Part shown: positions 59,700 to 64,000 of the stretch, piece after piece
How positions within the stretch are numbered: position 1 is the stretch's first letter
Layout of the letters: each line of letters begins with the position of its first letter
From: Podarcis cretensis
Lineage: Eukaryota
Length of the DNA stretch: 64,000 bases
Reading direction: 5' to 3'
NCBI GenBank assembly: GCA_951804945.1
Contig: OX638161.1
Coordinates: 45,508,001-45,572,000, forward strand
Translations under genes and position numbers: made by a program
Notes under the pieces: model-generated
Databases searched by the model: none
What the model was told of the DNA's origin: nothing
The model's input: the letters and a program-made list of their open reading frames with translations, nothing else

Positions 59700-61485
59700 T
59701 TATAGCTTTCTTCGGATCAGTTGATCTTTGTTGTTCAACTCAGGCTTCAGTAGAATGATGTAGCATTTAGGGAAAAATATGCAACACAGTAGCCCAGCAC
59801 TGGAAGCCAAGATGGAGAAGATCTCCACAGCCACCATGTATTTTCCACTTGTGCTCAGGTATGTAGGAACAAAGGAGAGCCAAACACTGCAAAAGACCAA
59901 CATACTGAAAGTGATGAACTTGGCTTCATTAAAACTGTCGGGCAACTTCCTGGCTAGGAAAGCTACAGTGAAGCTGAGAAAGGCCAGGAAGCCCAAGTAG
60001 CCCAGGACACAATAAAACATGATGCTTGAGCCTTCATTACATAGCAATATGATTTCTTCAGTCACTGAGTATGTGTCCACATCTGGGAATGGTGCAGAAG
60101 TTGCCAGCCACAGAGTACAGATTCCTATTTGAATTTTGGAGCAGGAAAGGACAATGGAATAAGTCAGCCTTTGTCCCAACCATGTCCTCATCCTGGATCC
60201 TGGTTTGGTAGCCATGAATGCCAAAACCACAGAGATGGTTTTGGCCAAGATGCTAGAGAGGGCGACAGAGAAGATTATACCAAAAGCAGTTTGTCGGAGA
60301 AGGCAGTTTACCACATTAGGCCTTCCGAGGAACATCAAGGAGCACAGGAAACACAAGAGAAGGGAGATGAGGAGAATGTAGGTGAGGCTTCTGTTGTTGG
60401 CCTTGACTATGGCAGTGTCCTGGTATTTGATGAAGATGCCAAACACCAGCACCGTAATCTGTGCTAACAAAACTGCAGAGAAATTTAGAACAATAGCCAA
60501 AGTGTCATCAGTAGCCAGGAAGTTTGGAATCTTAGGAATGCATTGATCCTTTCCTTTGTTTGGATATTGGTCATCTGGACAAAGGACACAAGTTTCCATG
60601 TCTAGAGAGAAAAGGAACAGCAATTTAAATGCATGGGAAATTGTTCTCATCATAGCTGTCTTAGCAGAAGCCCACCTAACATGGATGCAAAGAATTGAGA
60701 CTATGCTTTCTAAAGGGAACTTGCTTGGGATCTCTATGTGAAAGACCTCTATGTCTCTACATTTCTAAGGAGACAGAGATCCACCAGATGAATCCAAATT
60801 GGGGGTGTGGAATTTGGGGGGCTTTAAGGACTTCCTTAGAGAAGCTCACAACAGATGCCTAAAAAGGGTCCTTTGTATTTAAAAGGGTTTTTCCACAATT
60901 TTTTCATAATAACAAAAAACAACAACCCCAAAACAAATAGTACTAATGAAACGTTCTTTTACATTTTGCAGACAACAGATCTTGCAATCATCACATCAGT
61001 TACCTAGGAATTTGCTGGTGCTAAAATGTTTCACCTGGGTTTCTACGTATTTTTTACTCAAGATGTTTAACAAGAACTATTCATAAAACTTTTGTATGCA
61101 AATAACAAAAACTATATATTATACCCAGTGCTTTTTTCTGGGAGGGGATGCAGGGGTACGCATACCCCTAAACATTTTGGGAATCTAAGTTTGGCCTCCT
61201 TGAGGGGCACTATTTCACTATGTGTAGGAAAATGAATGTACCCCATAACATATTTTTTTTGGGGGGGGCTGATTATACCATTATTTGAAGATAACCCACA
61301 GCTTACTTTGAGGGGGAGGAATGTATTCTTTGATTTATATTTATATGACAAGTCCTACCAATCTCATTTGAAAACATCCCATCTGGACATGGAGCACAAT
61401 CATAACAGCAAGATTTCTCCCCCTCTTTTTTTTTCTTATGGTAGCCAGGATGGCAGTTGTCATTACATACTGAAAGAGGTGGTAC
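59700..61485 (-). CDS. V2R gene 6, partial (exons 5 and 6; remainder beyond window end)
   Basis: Exon 5 61485-61359 (127 nt, [20 protein letters not shown]) and exon 6 60601-59700 (902 nt, 7TM), in frame. Confidence 0.92.
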
Positions 61486-61663
61486 CTATCCAAAGGGAAA
61501 TTTATTATTAAGAAAATGTTCAGGAAATTGAACTTATATCAGTAAAAAGCACCAGTAAATGAAAGTGCAAATGACGTGGAATAAAATATGCAGAAGAGAA
61601 CAGGTGCCAGAATCACTGGACGAAATACCTACTAGATCAGGCATCTTGAACACTAAAGAAGAT

Positions 61664-61757
61664 TTATATTATATTATATTATATTATATTATATTATATT
61701 ATATTATATTATATTATATTATATTATATTATATTATTATATTATTATATTTATATT
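61664..61757. repeat. (TATAT)n microsatellite
   Basis: Direct read. Confidence 0.9.
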
Positions 61758-62030
61758 AAATTTATTGGATACTTATCTTCCTATGCACACATTTTAAAAG
61801 GCCATGGATCATTGCCAAAAGCTATTGCCAAAAGCTTGGTTAAAGAGGAATGTTTTTATTTGGCACCCAAATATATATAAAAATTGTGTCGGGCGAGCCT
61901 CCCTGGGGACTGAATTCCACAAATTGGGAGCCACCACAGTAAACACCTGTTCTCATGTTGTCACCCTCCAGACCTCTATGTAGTGGGCACACAAATAAAG
62001 AACTCAGATGATGATTGGAATATTGAAGTA

Positions 62031-62518
62031 CCGTATTTTTCGCCCCATAGGACGCACCATCCCATAGGACGCACCTAGTTTTTTGGGGGGGAAATAAAGG
62101 GAAAAAAAATATTCCCCCCAGGCACGGCGGCTGGCGCGGGGGAAGCCTGAGCTTCCCCCCACCCCAGCCCCCAGAACAGGCTGCCGCCCCAAGCCTTGCG
62201 CGCCCGGCAGGACCTCCCGCCGGGCGCGCAAGGCTTGCCAACATCTGCCTGAAGCAGGGGCAGGCTCCGCAGCTCGCCCCCTGCTTCGGGCTGCAGGCTG
62301 CCGCCCCAAGCCTCGCGCGCCCGGCGGGACCTCCTGCCGGGCATGCGAGGCTTGTGGATAGCTTCCTGAAGCCTGGAGAGCGAGAGGGGTCAGTGCGCAC
62401 CGACGCCTCTCGCTCTCCAAGCTTCAGCGAAAGCCTGCATTCGCCCCATAGGACGCACACACATTTCCCCTTCATTTTTGGAGGGGAAAAAGTGTGTCCT
62501 ATAGGGCAAAAAATACGG
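62031..62518. mobile_element. Tc1/mariner-superfamily (CCGTA-TIR, Tc2/pogo-like) MITE
   Basis: TIR ccgtatttttcgccccataggac / gtcctatagggcaaaaaatacgg; TA TSD. Confidence 0.85.
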
Positions 62519-62524
62519 TACCTA

Positions 62525-63066
62525 GGTAAGGTAAAGTTAAAGGACCCCGGGATGGTTAAGTCCAGTCAAAGGCGACTATGGGGTTGTGGCACTCATCTCA
62601 CTTTCAGACCGAGGGAAACAGCATTTGTCCACAGACAGCTTTCCGGGTCATGTGGCCAGCATGACTAAACCACTTCTGGCGCAACGGGACACCGTGATGG
62701 AAGCCAGAGCACACAGAAACACTGTTTCCCTTCCCACCACAGCGGCACCTACCATATTTTTCTGTCTATAAGATGCCCCCATGTATAAAATTCCACATTA
62801 TTTTGGGGGACTCAGAATAAAAAAATGGGGGGAGATACTATTCGTGTATAAGACGAGCCCAGATTTTGAGCATTATTTTAGAGTAAAAAAACCATAGTCT
62901 TATACACAGAAAAGAATGGTATTTATCTACTTGCACTGGCGTACTTTCGAACTGCTAGGTTGGCAGAAGTTGGGACAGAGCAATGGGAACTCACCCCATC
63001 ACTGGGATTTGAATTGGCAAGCCCAAGAGGCTCAGTGGTTTAGACCACAGTGCCACCCGCGTCCCC
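62525..63066 (-). mobile_element. Sauria SINE with nested MITE
   Basis: Tail ggtaaggtaaag, core ccgggtcatgtggccagcatgac, head cacagtgccacccgcgtccc. Confidence 0.9.
62752..62919. mobile_element. Small Tc2/pogo-like MITE inserted at a TA in the SINE
   Basis: Degenerate TIR ccatattttt...aaaagaatgg; splits SINE motif cctA|tttatctac with TA duplicated. Confidence 0.75.
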
Positions 63067-64000
63067 ATTGTACCTACACTTAGCCCAGCAAATAGTACAA
63101 CTTGTAAAACATCTGATCTAATGTCACTTCCAAGAACAGGTGTGGCAAACTTTTTACCCTCCAGATGTTGCTGAACTGCAACTCCTAACAGCCTCAGCAG
63201 TACGAAAGTACGAAAGTTTTTCCATGCCTGAGACAGAATGACTTGAACTAGATGTTTCTAAACTTTAATAAAGTGTTAATTTCACTAGCTATCCAAAGTT
63301 AGAATTTCTCCCTTCCATATGAATGTTTCAGGATATAACATTAATAAAAATAATACAGATGCGAAATAATTTAATGGAATAGCTAAAGCAGGATGTAGCA
63401 AGCCATTTGAATGTTGATTGTTAACGCACAATTTAAAGTTTATTAGCATTTGCTTTCAAAATAATTATTTCACATTTGAAAGGACTGTAAAAGAAAACCT
63501 TGCAATCAATAAGAAAACCTTAAAACTTTTATTGGCTGTGTTGACTGGTTATATTAAAAATGAATGTAATAGAAATTTTAATTTCTGTATTAAAATGCAA
63601 TTGTCTCTGCTCCATATATTATTTTGAAGACGTTAGAAATTGTTGATATTGTTATGAGTTTGGGGTGTTAAGGTGGGTGTCAGACTCCTCTAATCCCTGG
63701 ATCCAACAAGTGTTAGAATTTAATCAAGGTTTCTAAGTCTTGGAATTGCCAGGCCAGCCTCCTGGTGTGGTGATAGCCTGGATGATGAACCATTAAGCAG
63801 GATTAAGGGGCTTGGTGCAAGGTGGCAAATGGGTGGGGTTTTCTCCCTCAATAGATAAAGCCAGAGTTTAGAGTACAGAGTTTGGAGGAATGATTTGACC
63901 TAGAAGTAAAGCAGCAGAATGGAGAGAGCCAGAGAAATATTTCAGAGCAATGTTTGATTTCACTGAAGGTTCAGGTTGTATATATGGGTAAGTAAACCAT

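Noticed and set aside
61840-62475. GC-rich ORFs of 138-211 aa (also 6345-7007 and 12608-13120)
   Set aside because: Arise in GC-rich non-autonomous elements poor in stop codons; no recognisable domains

Overview
Vertebrate genomic DNA, almost certainly a squamate and probably a lacertid lizard (Sauria SINEs, Squam2/Squam3-like SINEs, BovB, CR1, L1, L2, Penelope, pogo/Tigger MITEs). The window is part of a vomeronasal type-2 receptor (V2R, class C GPCR) tandem cluster. It holds four complete, apparently intact 6-exon genes (9562-18181 +, 21957-32508 +, 34832-42410 +, 58064-46299 -) and two genes running off the window edges (exon 6 at 4056-4957 +; exons 5-6 at 61485-59700 -). Three orphan V2R exon remnants and a 143-nt assembly gap are also present. 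I traced all splice sites by hand: all are GT-AG and the frames are continuous. I found no demonstrably new biological system. The best leads are: (i) four copies of a non-coding repeat family with no target-site duplication that looks like solo terminal repeats of a tyrosine-recombinase (DIRS/Ngaro-type) retroelement; (ii) several sequence routes to truncated soluble or tethered V2R ectodomain isoforms; (iii) a young L1 with a 23-bp TSD whose empty site survives in the paralog, plus signs of exon-6-limited gene conversion; (iv) a decayed hammerhead ribozyme in a Penelope remnant.
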